DNA of 63,844 nt, filler included, from Reclinomonas americana ATCC 50394 (GCA_048213135.1; 7 parts of 3 records of this genome joined end to end with filler, not necessarily neighbours in it), one strand, 5' to 3'. Positions 26,624 to 40,240 are shown, counted from the whole stretch's first letter. Numbers and translations: made by a program. The notes: generated by a model not told the origin, from the sequence alone.

Positions 26624-27315
26624 TGCGTGACGATGCAGTGATTGTTTGTCGCTGCTGCTGTTTGTTGTGCGGGCGCAACGATTCTCTCCCGTTCTTTTCA
26701 ATGAAGACGACAGGACTTTGATTTCCGGCGGATAGGACAGGTCGCAGCGTTGACTTCCGCTGGAGGTTTTGATGCCAACGGTGTAGAAAAAGACAGCTCT
26801 GTGGCTTATAATCTAAATCCACTACTTCACACGATTTTTTGACTTATAAACGTACATTGGCAAGCGTTTTTGCACGCTTCTTTTCTTTCTTTCTTGGCGG
26901 GTAGTGGTGGTGGTGGTGGGCGGTGCGTGGAGAAGGGGAGTGGGGAGTGGGAGGTATGGGTGGGTGCACAACAATCTAGAGGTGTAGAAACAACAACAGC
27001 GATAACAACAACAACAACAAAAGCACAAACAACGGAGGTGGAACACACACATGCACACCAAACACACAGGGCAAAAAATCGCCACGCCGAGTCGAGAGGC
27101 ACAGTGCCGCTGCACCGACTGTCACAAACGGCACTTTGCTGCGGCGAGCGAGCCACACACACATATATACACAAGAGAGAGAGAGAGAGTCCGCGCAGAT
27201 TGTAAAATAAGGAGAGGAACATGCAAGGACGAGTGGCAACACAAGAATATACAAGACGCACACCGCACACACTCGTTCTCTCCGTGCAATAGACACCACA
27301 CATGCACCACCATTA

Positions 27316-30300
27316 TCATGCTGGCGGCTGTACGCCATAGTGCACAAGGGTCGCCAGTCGTCGATCCACGCCATCGACACCTGCGATACAACACCGTGAG
27401 CACAAGCAGATCGTCGCAAGTTGCGCAAAAATCAAGAAGACTTTTCCCCCCTTCCTCTCCCTCCCCCCCTCCCTCCCCCTCATAACTCCACACGCAACAT
27501 GTGTTGATGATGGTCTTGTCGGCGTCGGTCAACTCCGACTCGCGCAGCACCTCCAACAGCAGCTTTGCTTTCGAGTACAAGTGATGTGCGGTGTCGCCGT
27601 TTTGCAGCCACTCTTGCACAGCAGCCGTCCTCGCCTACACGAACGCGTCACGTCAGAACACACAAACAGAAACAGGAACAGTGCCGTGACGCAATGACAC
27701 ATACCAATTCCAGTGCCTCTGCATACAGCAGGTCCTCGGCGCGCACGTCGACGAGCACCGTGGAGGGCGCCGGCGACGGACCCGACGATGCAGACGTTTC
27801 GCCCCCGCTCGACGAGCCACTGTCGCCAGGCGTAGATGGTTGCGTCGAACGAGGCGCTCCTCCTGCTGCTACTGCTGCAGTTGTCGTGGCTGTCGTCGAT
27901 GTCGACGAGGCACCACCACCCGACGACGAGAGCGCAGCACTGTCGCGCTGCGCAGTTGTCTGCACCAGGGCCTTCTGAATGTTGTCGGCGCACTGCAAGC
28001 AGCCGCCAAAGTGCTCCATCGTCCACTCGCGAATGGCATCCAGCCGCGGTGAGCGAACCGCCATGCCACGCTCCCCCGACGTCTGCAGCATTTGCTCCAC
28101 ACTGCGAATGCGACCGAGAAGCACATTGTGCATGCGCAGCACCTTCAGGAAGATGACCAGCGACTCGCCGTACTCGTGCTCGTTCAACTGCGCACGCTGG
28201 TGGTGAGCCGTCGCACAAGTTGTTCACCGACTCGCTTTAACATTGGACGCAACTCTGGCCACCGCCACATCCGCCACAGTGAACACTCGCCGCGCATGCC
28301 CCTCCAGCTCCTCGAGTTGTGCCTGAATCAGTGGACCACAACCGTAGCGGCAGAACTCGGGGACACGAGGTGGCTCGTCGTCGGATGGCGACTCGGCGTG
28401 ACCCGGCGGCGACATGATGTTGTACGTGAGAGAGCCCTTGCCACGCTTCTTGCCCTTTTTCTGCATACACACAAACAAACACGCAGCGGGGGTGAGTGAG
28501 CGATGCGCACACGAGCACCTGTCCACTCCTTCGCATTACGCAACGGGTGACACCAGCGACGTGAGCGGCGATCTGCGGAATCGCTGACCACTGGTCGGCG
28601 ACATTGTGCCACCCACCGACAGCAGGCCATCCGACCCTGTAATGGCATCCAGTGGCGACAGCTCCGGCTCGTCGTCCGTGTAGGCGTCCGCGTCGAACGG
28701 CTTGAGCATTGGCCGTGCACGTGATGGCACCGCTGTTCGTGACGACTGCTGTTGTTGCTGCTGCTGCTGCTGCTGCCGTGATGGAGGAGGAAGAATGTCG
28801 TCGTGCGCCGAGAGCGGTGACAAGATGCCCGAGCTCTGGCTGCTGCCACCGCTGAGGCCCATACCACTGCCACTGCCACTGCCACCAGAGTCANNNNNNN
28901 NNNNNNNNNNNNNNNNNNNNNNNNNNNNNNNNNNNNNTTAATTAATTAANNNNNNNNNNNNNNNNNNNNNNNNNNNNNNNNNNNNNNNNNNNNGCCACAG
29001 CATGCGCGCGTCCGTCAAATGTCACTTGGTTCATGCAACCCTCGTTTCACAACGTACCATGTAGAGCGGGGTGCCGCAGATGGTGGTCATCATCGAGTCA
29101 TCGTCAAACGATTTGGCGAATCCAAAGTCGGCGATCTTGATCACGGCTTGGTACGAGGCCTCGCTGAGCAGCAGATTCTGCGGCTTCAGGTCGCGGTGCA
29201 CAATGTTCCGCGTGTACAGGAATGCCAGTCCGCGTGCTGCGCGCAAAGCATACACACACGTCAGTGAACGCCGCAGGGAACGAGAGGCAAATAGGGTGTG
29301 CGCGTGTGTTACAGTGTGGAGGTGCCTCACACTACGTGGCAACACACGCAATAAGATTCGCACGCACCAATCTGTCGCAAAAAGTTCTGCGCGATATGTT
29401 CCGGGAGGGGCCCATGCTGTCGCAAGAAATGCGACATGTCTCCGCCGGCACAGAACTCCATAAACAAATACACATGCGCTCGGCCCGTCTGTGCAAGCAA
29501 CACACACACACACACACACGTGATCGCATCGGTCAGTATGTCGTGCAGAAAATCCTTGTGTAAAATATGACAGCGACGCGTGGCATCTGGTGCAGAGACT
29601 GAAGGGAATAGAACACGCAGAGAGAGACACAGAGAGACACACACACACACAAGTGATGCTCCCATTGCGATGGACACGAACGATCGCGAATGCGAGAGAA
29701 GCGAGCGGGCCCGGAGTGTGAGCGCGTGAGCGCGGATGCGAGGTCTAATTTGAGAACTGAGAACGACGCACAACGAATACCTCACACACACGGGGCGATG
29801 GCGTGCGCATCTGTCTGCGCCACACCGCAATGTCTCTGACAGCAACCACATAGATGTACGGAGTACGGGCGTGCCCGGCGGGGGAAAGAGAATTTCCCGC
29901 GTAATCAAGAGTAACCGCTCCTGCTCACACACACTCTCTCTCTTTCTCTCTTTCTTCCGCCTCCCCCCCTTTCTCTCTACGTGTGTGCGCGTGTGAGACA
30001 TGAGCGAGTGAGCACGCGCGTGCGAAAGAGAGAGAGTCGGGCAAGTGTCAGTCGGTGTGTGATCACTACTCACACACACGCACACGCGCGCGCTCCACGC
30101 TCTCTTCGCTCTCACCTGCGAGTACTCCAACCCCACGATGTTCGGGTGCCTCAGCTCCTGGCAGATCTTGATCTCCTACGCACACAAACACACAGCACAA
30201 ACAAAAGCGTTACATAAAAGTCAACACGCGCACTCTCTTCTCCCTCTCTCTCTCACACTCTCTCTCACCTGTGCCAGGTTTTCCCTGCTCTTTGGTGAGA

Positions 30301-30529
30301 GCTTATCATTGGAGATGACCTTGACAGCGACATCGCGAAGGGTTTCCCGATGTCGACCTCGCCACACAATCGCAAACGATCCAGATCCACTGTCACACAC
30401 ACAAGCACACCGCGTTACTCTCTCGCACTGTTGTCATCGCCCCCCTCCTCTCTCTCCATGTGGCACACAAACTCACATTTTTTGTGGTGTGACTATGTAG
30501 TCACCAATGACTTTGTTTTGGTGTGACAT
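27316..30529 (-). CDS. ATG1: Autophagy kinase ATG1/ULK1 with C-terminal MIT-type (EAT) domain; spans a gap
   Basis: [53 protein letters not shown]-terminus [21 protein letters not shown]...[10 protein letters not shown]...[16 protein letters not shown] matches the recalled ATG1 C-terminal pattern. Continuity across the 28894-28993 gap is inferred. Confidence 0.85.
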
Positions 30530-30731
30530 TCTCTTGTCAGTCACACACGCGCGCGCACACACAGAGTGGTGTGTGCGCGTTGCTTGTCTTCCCCCTTCTC
30601 CAGTCACAAGCGACTGAGTCGAGTCTGTGCGCGTGCGACAGAGAGATCAGCAAGGAACATCATCATCGATCATCAAAGTCACTGCGCTCACCACACGATT
30701 TGCAACGATTGATTGCGAGGACAAGCAATTT

Positions 30732-33700
30732 TCAAATAACTACATTTTCAGACGTTCGCGACTGTCGCTCGCTCAGCGCCCTGTTGAGCTCGTCGAGTGC
30801 AAACTTGGCGCGGCTGGCCACTTGCGGATCCCGAGTGCTTCCGCCGGCGGCGGCGGCGGCGGAGGCTGCTGCTGCAGCAGTCGGAGCCCCGGGTGACGAG
30901 GCCGGAGCCCCGGGCGAAGCGATCGGAGCTGCGGCGCTGCTGGTTCCGGAGGTGAGATCGACGAGTGCCTCGTGGATACCGGCGTCCAAGAGGCGCACAG
31001 CTCGCTCGCGGTGTCCGGCGGTCCGTTCCAGAACGAGGTTGATAATGGTCCACAGAGCCGGCTCGGCGACGGTGGCGTTTGTGTGCTTCTGCGCAAAGCA
31101 AACTGCGGTCAGTTCGGCTCTTCACACACCCCTCTCTATTCGCGCTCGCCAACTCACCAGTGCAGATAATAGAATGCGCACACACTCGGCATCGTTGCAG
31201 AGCACGTCCTTTTGTCGCTGGCTGCCCGACGCAATATTGGTGAAGCAGAAGAGCACCTGCGACAGCAGCTCTTCACGCAGACTGCCGTCACTGGCGGCCA
31301 CAGGCGACGTTGCCGTGCCCACCGCAGCACTGCTGCTGCTGCCGCCCTGCGGCGACACAGCCATTCCTCTTCCTCCCTCTCCGTCATCTTCCTCCTCCTC
31401 ATCGTCCTCCTCCGCCTCGCCGCCACGCTGCTCCACCTCCATGCTCGACGCCGTCGACGCGTCTTGCATCTCTACATCAGACGTCACGCTGCGACTTGCT
31501 CTGCCCACCGCCGACTGCGCGATCCGCTTCAGCAAGCCAAACAGTTCACCATTCTCGGCCTCCAGCACGGCGGCAATGTTGGCCGCATCGGGAGACATCA
31601 AGTTGCGCACCAGCTTGATGGCTTGAATCGCCACTCGCCTGTCGCTATCCTCCAACAATCTACATGCGTGCGCGAGAGTGAGAGCATGTGCGGTGGAATG
31701 GTGACCCACATATGAGAGATGAACCTGAAAATGTGATCAAAGCCCACGTGCGACAACACGTTCTCCTTGACGGCGTCGCCGGCGTGGAACAGCAGATTCT
31801 TCAACAGCCACACAGCGTGCTCACGCACAGCACTCGGTTGCGATCGCTGCATGTCACGAACTGAGCGAGATCCATCACCTCGCGTGTCATCAAAGTCGCA
31901 CACAAACCTCCAGGAGCACCGCCACACGCGCCACGCCACCATTATCTACAAACGTGGTTTTCAACGGCGAAAAGTCGACCACCAGATTGCACAGCGCCGC
32001 CAGGCACAAGTTGCGAACCTCGGTGTCGGCGTCATCCAGAAGCTGGCAGATATGCACACACACTCAGCGCTCACTCCCTCTTCACCCCACCGCAGCACTT
32101 ACCGTCATCAGTGGCGCCACAATGCCCTCCTGTACGAGCGTGGTGCGTAGGTACTTGGTGGACCGCGACAGACACCGAGAGCAGTCGCAGGCAGCGGCGC
32201 GTACTCGTGCCGACGAGGTGTCACTCAACGCCGCCACCACGCGTGGAACCAACTGCGCGTCGATCACCGCCTTGCGACCCTCTTCACGTTCGGCCGAGAG
32301 TGCGGCCAGCAGGCGCAGCACGCCTTCACGCGCGCGCGGCAACGGATTCTCCAGCAACGGTGCCACCTTGGCAATCACATCACCATTCAACGCCGCCCTC
32401 TGCAACTCCACGTCCGATCGCACCAGCGTGCCTGGTTGTGGGCGACAGTGAGTGGCGACGATGCCGGAGCGTGACGACTCGGTGGCACGCACGCAACTCA
32501 GAATAAAGGGTATTTCTTCGATGAACGGCACCTGATCGGAGAGGAGCTTCATCAGTGCCGGCAGCACGCCAAACATCAGCGCCGCGGGTGACGGTCGCGG
32601 TCGCATGCTGGCCAAACTGATCGATCGGGCGAGTGTGGTGTGAGTGCATCATCGCGCAACAGTGCACCTCTGCCCTCATTGCACACGCACCATGCGCACG
32701 CCAGACTGCGTGTACGCGGTTGCTTGCTCTTCACGAGTGAACCGAGAGCGTCCTGCAGACTGGCGACGGCACTCGCCGCCGACGGCACCGACGACGACGA
32801 TGACGATGACGGTCCAGCGTCACGATCGCTCACTCGCGCCACCGTCACATGCTCCCGTAGCACCGCCGACGACTGCAGCAGCAGCTGCGTGCTACTGGCA
32901 TCGCCACGTGCGATAAGACTGGCGAGCGTGCCGAGTCCAGCCTCTTGCAGCTGCGGCGACGGAGCGAGATGAGAATGCGGGCGACACACAGAGAAAGAGA
33001 AAGAGAGGGGGAAAACATCACACAACGTTGGGCGACTCCGAGTACACCAGACGCAGCACGGCATCAAACAGACGCTGCGAGTCGAACACGACACTCGACT
33101 CTGGCAACGACACCGCTCGGCTCACCAACGCCGCCACATTCTGCTGCGTCTGATCGCTCCCACTGTGCGCGCGCGTCGACTCCAACAACTCAGTCAATCG
33201 CAGCACTGCATCGGGATGCTGCGCCAAACACACACACACAATCAGCCAGCCCATCATCTCCACTGAGCACAATCCTCGCCCTCACGCAACTCGCACAAAC
33301 GGCGCAATCGTCAGCGCCGACACATGCTGGTACCACAACTTCAGCGTGCGCGTGCCCGACTCAATCACCTTGCTCGACGCCTCCGGCATCACCAGCAGCT
33401 GCAGCAGCACATCCACCGCATCCTCAGGAATGCAAGCGTCGACCGGCTGCGGCGCTGCAATGGATCAGGCGTGTGAGCGACAGCGGGAGGGAGGGCGGAA
33501 GAGGGTGAGGGAGAGCGTGCGAAACTGCAAGCAAAGCTGCCGAGACAGGTCGATGCCTGCACCACAATGTCTTCCACGAGACTGCGTCGACGACAATGAG
33601 GAATTGGAACGACATGTCGTCACACTCACTCACGCACACACACACGCGCGCACACAGTACTCACTCTCTCACACACACTCACACACATGCTCTCTCTCTC

Positions 33701-34005
33701 TCTCTCTCACGCACGCACACACTCTATATCTCTCTCAATCACACACATTCACAGATTCACTTGTGCGCCCCCACCCCCACCACTTACCTCACATGCACGT
33801 GGGCGCTCAACCTCCCCACCACACTCAACAACAGCGGCAGCGCGCGCGCACTCAACGCCTCCTTCTGCTTCCGATTGCCGACCACCAAGTTCTTGCATCG
33901 TCGCACACACTCATGCAACACATGCAAGTCGATGTCGCCTTCTGCCCCGCTCACTGCACTCTCCAGCCCGCGCAGAACCTGCTCGTGAACCGCACTCACT
34001 GACAT
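30732..34005 (-). CDS. ARMC8: Armadillo repeat protein ARMC8 / GID5 (CTLH/GID E3 ligase subunit)
   Basis: CKNLVVGNRKQKE, QASTCLGSFA, DVELQRAA, RAAACDCSRCLSRSTKYLRTTL, ALCNLVVDFSPLK, HAVWLLKNLLFHA, LFCFTNIASG after splicing of about 10 introns. Confidence 0.9.
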
Positions 34006-34483
34006 CGACAAAGGAGGAGACAACTGAAATGGCGGCGCCTGGTGCGCGAAATGGCGATCAAAGTCGTCGCTGCGGTCGTCGTCGTCAGCTCGTTGATCGG
34101 CTGTCTGGCTGTGTTGCTTCAAGTGGGCGGCGGCGGCGGCGGGTGCAGTCGGCATAGCAGCAAATGACTGATTTTCAGGTCCACTTTGCGCGCGCTCACA
34201 CACCATTCGCATTCATACTCACACACACGCGCGCGCGCGTTCATGTTACACAGAAGCGACTGCAGGCGTTTCGTGAGCGACTGGCTGCGCATGTGACAAC
34301 GACAGACTCGGTGTGTGTGTGTGTGTGTGTGTGTTGTGTGTGAGAGAAAGAAAGAGTGGGCCCTCTTCACTCACAAGCTCGCAGGCGAATGAGACGTGGG
34401 GTGTTCCGCAGCTGGCCACTCGTCTTGTGCGTGATGTGCGCGACCAGGGCTCTGTGCGCGCCACTGCTGCAGTCGCAGGGTCG

Positions 34484-36162
34484 ATGGCGGCCATGGGAGC
34501 TGTCGGGGGAGGCGGAGGAGGAAGCGCGTACACATCGTCTGCGAGTGCTGCAGCAGTGACGCGATCGACCAATGCCGAGTGCGTGAGAGAGAGAGCAGGG
34601 AGTCGTGTTTGTGCTGCTACTGCCGGAGGCTCATTACGCGGTTCACAGTGCACATCTCATGGACATGCATTCGCGATTTGCGGAGCTCGAGCGTGATTTG
34701 CGACCGCTGCGCACGCTGCGGCATGAGGCTCCGGCGGCGCCTACAGTGGAGCAAGTGCGACAGGAGATGTCGGCACGACAGGAGACGCTGTCACAGTTGG
34801 GCAGGCCGTCGGTGGCCGTGGGAGCGGCCAGTGCTGCTGGGGCGGCGGCGGCCGCAGCGGCGCCCAGACCGTCGTCGTCGCAGCAGCAGCAGCAACCGTA
34901 CTACAACATGCGTGTGGAGACGGGCGATAATGTGGTCACTGCCAGCGATCTGGTGGCGCGCATGCAGTTGCAGAATGCGCGCCGGGGAATGCCATCGGCA
35001 TCGGTTGCGGCCATGCAGCAGCACCAGCAGCACCAGCAGCCGCAGCCGGATCCCATGAGCTTTTACTCGCGACCGGCGCCGCAAGTGGCGCCGCCTCCGA
35101 CGCAGCGCAACACCACCACGCGTATTTTGACCACGGGAGCGGCGCGACGCGGTGGCGGGTCGGCACAGGCGAATGCTGCCGCGGCGGAGGCGGGCGAATG
35201 GCGGGTTCCCAGAGCCGATGAGCCGGCGTGGACACAGGGTACAACTCAGCAGCTGGACATTGAGAAGTTTCATCAGCGCTGGCTCACATATAGATGCATA
35301 TGCATGTTTTCACTCACATGGGGCGCGTGCGCGACAGAGTGCTGGCCTTGTACCGCGCCACAGAACTACGCGAGCCCGACGATGCCGATCTACCACCGGC
35401 CCAGGCGCAAGCGCAACCGATGCCCAAGCCGGTGCCGCAACCGAACCCGCCGACTTTTACCGTGTCACTCTCAGCCTTGCAACAGCAACGCACCGTTCAG
35501 CCAGCTACCGCTGGCATCGCCACCGCTGCCACCACCACTACGACCACCACCGCAACGACCACCAACTATAATGGACGACAAGACCGCTCGCACACCGACT
35601 ACGAGGCGCTGTTTCGCGAGTTGTCCACTCGCCCGGCTGGGGCGGCGGATTCTCTGCCACTGACCACCACCGCGAATGCCGCCGCCGCTGCGTTGGCGCC
35701 GCCACCGACGGCCGCGATTCGACCATCGGCACAACCGCATCGCCCACCTCCGGCCCCGCCGCAGCCTGCAGCATCCACAACCATGGCTCCGCCACTCCCG
35801 CAAAAGCCTCCCGGGCGGGAACCACCACGGCGGCCACCGCCACCCCCACAAGCCGTGGACGCCACCTCCAGCGACGAGGAATTGGTGGCGTCCCATGAGA
35901 CGTCGCCCAAGGCCAATGCCGGCACAGATCACTCGCCTCGACGCACCTTGCCGCAGTCGCGCCTGCCCATTCGCAAGCCGCGTACCGGCCACGACGCACT
36001 GTCACCGGTGCGACCAAAGACGTCGGTGTGGATGGGCAACCAGGAATTGTCGCCTGTGATGCCGACCTCGAATTCGGTGGCCGACTCGTCGTTCGGCATG
36101 CCTTCGCCACCACCACCGCCCAAGATGTACGATCCGTCGCGATACGCGTCGCATCCTGCCGC

Positions 36163-36198
<36 letters not shown>

Positions 36199-36776
36199 GC
36201 AACAGCAACAAGCGTTGGCAGCTGCGCGGAGACAAGTCGACGAGACGGTTGATGGCGAGGAGCACCACGAGCAGGAGGATGACGAAGAGGAGTACGGCAC
36301 GCTGGCCGACCACAGCCAGAGCATGAAGATCTGGCAGATTGTGCGCGAGATTCTGCGCGAGCTGCAAGGCATGGAGGGCTCGCACAGGTTACGCCCGCAA
36401 CGGCGGCAACTGAAAATGCTGCTGCGCACACACGACGCACTGTTCGACGAGGAGCGTGAACTGAGTCGCATCGAGTACGGCCTGCTGTACGAGCAGTACG
36501 TGTTCCTGACCAAGCTGCAGACCATTGAGGCGCTCGGCGCGGCGCAAGGATGGGGTGAGCAGCTGGTGCTGGGTGAGTGACGATGTTCTCCGTTTCTTTT
36601 CATTGTCGTTGTGCATGATTTGACTGGCGGCGGATGCAGAGGGCAATGAGGACGAGGAGACTGTGGAGAATGAGACCGTGCTGCTGCAGACGATTCGGGA
36701 GCTGCTGTACCAGGAGAACGATCAGTTCCAGTTGGCGGATTACCGATTGCCAGATACCGACGGCAATGTGCGATAA
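34484..36776 (+). CDS. Low-complexity protein with a C-terminal EB1 EBH-like helical domain and an SxIP-like motif
   Basis: Exons joined at 34579-34648, 35267-35337 and 36573-36639. C-terminus EQYVFLTKLQTIEAL...LLQTIRELLYQENDQF; motif LPQSRLPIRKP; poly-Gln from (CAA)n at about 36164-36210. Confidence 0.6.
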
Positions 36777-36891
36777 TAATGAATGGGAGAGTGCGTCATT
36801 AAGCGGTTCACAACAAAATGGTACACATTTTACGATTGTACGCATACGAACGACAACAACAACAACAGGAAAGAAGCAGGGGCCATGTGGT

Positions 36892-38161
36892 TCACTTGGG
36901 CGGCGTGGTGACCAGGTCCAACAGGAACTTGAGGACTCCCTTGTCCTGCGTTGCGGGAGCACAAGATTTGTGAGTCTCTAGTCAGTTGGTGGACGGACGA
37001 CAAGCCAGTGTGCACGAACCGACAGGATGCCCATGTGGTCCTTCTCGGGGTACACGCGAGTCGTCACAGTGTTTCCCGCCGCCTGCCACTTGATGCACTC
37101 CTGCGGTAGAGGAGAGTGAGAAGGGTGCAAAAAGTCGTTTTGTCTTCCGTCGCCTCCGTTTACCTTGAGCGACTCGAGCGGCACCGTGCCGTCGCCATCA
37201 CCGCTGATCTTTGTCGGCTCAGCATCAAACGAGGCGTACACGAGGCCGTGCTCTGTCGGCACACCGCTGCCGTGCAGACAGTAGAGCGGAATACCGGGCG
37301 CCGCCTGCATGTCACCACTCAGCAATCCAGACACACACAAACTCTCGCGTGAAGGAGAAGAAAACCAACCAGACTGGAGATCTTGCCGCGCGTCGTCTTG
37401 TAAATCGCGCTCGTGATGGGCGCGTTGAGGTCGTTGAACAGCTTTTCGAAATCCGCGGCCTTGTATTCGCGCGGCGGATTGCCGACAGTGACCAGCACCT
37501 TCTGCTCGTTGAACTCCACCGTCGGCACCAGCCACACAACGCCACCAAACTGACGCGTCACGTCGCGGATGCGCAGGCGGTTCACCAGCTCCGTCTTGCC
37601 GACCTTGATGCCAAAATTGTCGCCGCTAATCACCGCACGGAGGGCCTTGACGGCCCCGAGCCACGGCGCACCCAGAGTGACCACTGGAGGGCGAAAAATG
37701 AGTCACTGGGAGGCGAGGGGGATAGAAAAGCGTGTTACGCAACGTGAATCAACATAGGTGTTCTTCCACTCGTCGCTCTGCTGATTCAAAAAGTGCACCG
37801 AGGTCGGGCCACCCATCGAGTGCGCCACCAGCACCACCTTGCGGTTGTTGTTGGCACGATACGTGTTCTCAATAAGTTGTCGCACGCGGTCGTTGTAGCT
37901 GTTCTTCGAGGAGTCCACGGGGAGGCGCCAGTCGTACTGCGGAGAGAGGATGAGAAAGAGAGAGGAAGCGCGGCGACAACACAACATGTGCTCTGCACGA
38001 AACAGGTGCGCCACGCAGATCTACTCCCGCACGGTATCCGACGGCCCTGAGCGACGCAATGAGTTCGTTGAAGTAGGCCGTGTACGTGTTGGGCACGCCC
38101 CAGCCGCGGTCGAGGAAATCAACGCCTGCGCAGACGCAAGGTAAGCGGTGTCACACACACA

Positions 38162-38216
<55 letters not shown>

Positions 38217-39535
38217 CGAACGAACGGAAACACACNNNNNNNNNNNNNNNNNNNNNNNNNNNNNNNNNNNNNNNNNNNNNNNNNNNNNNNNNNNNNNNNN
38301 NNNNNNNNNNNNNNNNNNNNNNNNNNNNNNNNNNNNNNNNNNNNNNNNNNNNNNNNNNNNNNNNNNNNNNNNNNNNNNNNNNNNNNNNNNNNNNNNNNNN
38401 NNNNNNNNNNNNNNNNNNNNNNNNNNNNNNNNNNNNNNNNNNNNNNNNNNNNNNNNNNNNNNNNNNNNNNNNNNNNNNNNNNNNNNNNNNNNNNNNNNNN
38501 NNNNNNNNNNNNNNNNNNNNNNNNNNNNNNNNNNNNNNNNNNNNNNNNNNNNNNNNNNNNNNNNNNNNNNNNNNNNNNNNNNNNNNNNNNNNNNNNNNNN
38601 NNNNNNNNNNNNNNNNNNNNNNNNNNNNNNNNNNNNNNNNNNNNNNNNNNNNNNNNNNNNNNNNNNNNNNNNNNNNNNNNNNNNNNNNNNNNNNNNNNNN
38701 NNNNNNNNNNNNNNNNNNNNNNNNNNNNNNNNNNNNNNNNNNNNNNNNNNNNNNNNNNNNNNNNNNNNNNNNNNNNNNNNNNNNNNNNNNNNNNNNNNNN
38801 NNNNNNNNNNNNNNNNNNNNNNNNNNNNNNNNNNNNNNNNNNNNNNNNNNNNNNNNNNNNNNNNNNNNNNNNNNNNNNNNNNNNNNNNNNNNNNNNNNNN
38901 NNNNNNNNNNNNNNNNNNNNNNNNNNNNNNNNNNNNNNNNNNNNNNNNNNNNNNNNNNNNNNGCACGAAGCAAGAGCTGAGTGAGAGAGAGAGGAGGGGG
39001 GAGGTGCGTGTGTGTGTGTGTGTGTGTGTCTCTCTCTCTCTCTCTCTCTCTCACTACCAACCTGGGAACAAGATGACTGGCTTGCGGAAGGCCGCGACCG
39101 CATTCGGATTGGGATGATCAGCCAAGAACTCAATGCCGGCCTCACCGGGGAATTCATGAGTCACACGGTCGCCAGCGGGGCAACTGCAAGAGAGAGAGAG
39201 AAGGGAGAAGTGAGAGAAGACAAAAGGAGACACCAGTCAAAAAGTTCTGTCTGACACCAATACCCTCTTTCTCTTCTCTTCTCCCTTCATCTCTCTCTCT
39301 CTCTCTCGCTCTTCTCTTCTCTCTCTGACACACACACACATACACACCGCATTGTGTTGAACAATGAGTCACGCGCATCATCGCAGTCCAGCATCACTTC
39401 GCCGGCGAGCTGCGCGGGACCCGCCCACTCCTTTGTCAGCGGCACCTGGCGTCCTGCATGCGCCACCTCGCTGCCACACAACACCAGCGCCACTACTAGC
39501 GCCAAGATGAGCGTGCACTTTCCGCTCGAAATCAT
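36892..39535 (-). CDS. LCAT / group XV lysosomal phospholipase A2 family; spans a gap
   Basis: Signal peptide MISSGKCTLILALVVALVLC, PVILFPG, LRGAP|YDWR, VVLVAHSMGG (nucleophile Ser), LGAPWLGAVK, GDGDGTVP (Asp), DHMGIL (His). Confidence 0.92.
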
Positions 39536-39769
39536 CGCGACGATGCGGCCAATACGTGGAGCAGGACATGTGCGAGCATGAACGTCTCATTGTGTCGTCG
39601 TGCAGCGCTGCTGCAAATGGTCGTGGTATGCTGTGTCGTTGTGTGCAGTACGGTGCGCGGGCGAACAGTGTTTCTTTCTGGTTGAGGACTGATTTTTTCG
39701 GTGCGTGAAGTTGTCGATAAACGTCGAAGTGCGGGTCTCCCGTGCGTGCATGTGCCTGTCGCGACACGG

Positions 39770-40007
39770 GCCGTTGGACATAGCTGATCAGCGCCTTGTC
39801 CCACAACGGGTAAAGGGTCAAGGGTCAAGGGTAGAGAAACAACGATTCCACGCGAGCGATGAGGCATATAGGGTAGAAAAAGACGCTGATCACACTCACG
39901 AATCGGTTCAAGGGTAAAGGGTTGAGGAAGACACTGATTTCACGTGATTTCAATGCAAATGGACAAATTTAGGCAAGGCGCTGATCAGCTTTATCCAATG
40001 ACCATAT
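39770..40007. mobile_element. Candidate MITE-like element: sub-terminal inverted repeats, 9-bp flanking direct repeat, internal AAGGGT-type repeats
   Basis: 39774-39798 TTGGACATAGCTGATCAGCGCCTTG and 39974-39998 CAAGGCGCTGATCAGCTTTATCCAA are reverse complements at 23/25. GCGACACGG occurs at 39761-39769 and 40008-40016. Confidence 0.45.
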
Positions 40008-40240
40008 GCGACACGGCGATCCACCGAACTTAGACCTTGCCGATCGACGTGTGATCATGTGTCTCGGCGCTCGCTGCGACATTTGAATTCGATTGCGACT
40101 CTTCGCTGACTGCAGCGCTGGCCATGGGCCTCGTCCACGGTAGATGCCTGCCTGCTTGCGTATACGTACGGACGCTCCATCGACACCCCACATCCACTGT
40201 CATCACCATCACATCAGCGGGGGTTTGCGTTTGCCTCATT

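Noticed and set aside
32432-32497. Reading shifted donors as non-canonical G|TTGCGT (TT-starting) introns
   Set aside because: Keeping frame would require the 3' end to move one base past AG onto a variable base. GT..AG boundaries already give correct proteins, though lariat sequencing would be decisive.
39808-39833. GGGTAAA/GGGTCAA repeats as an interstitial telomere
   Set aside because: Only 3-4 imperfect units; reported as part of the MITE-like candidate instead.
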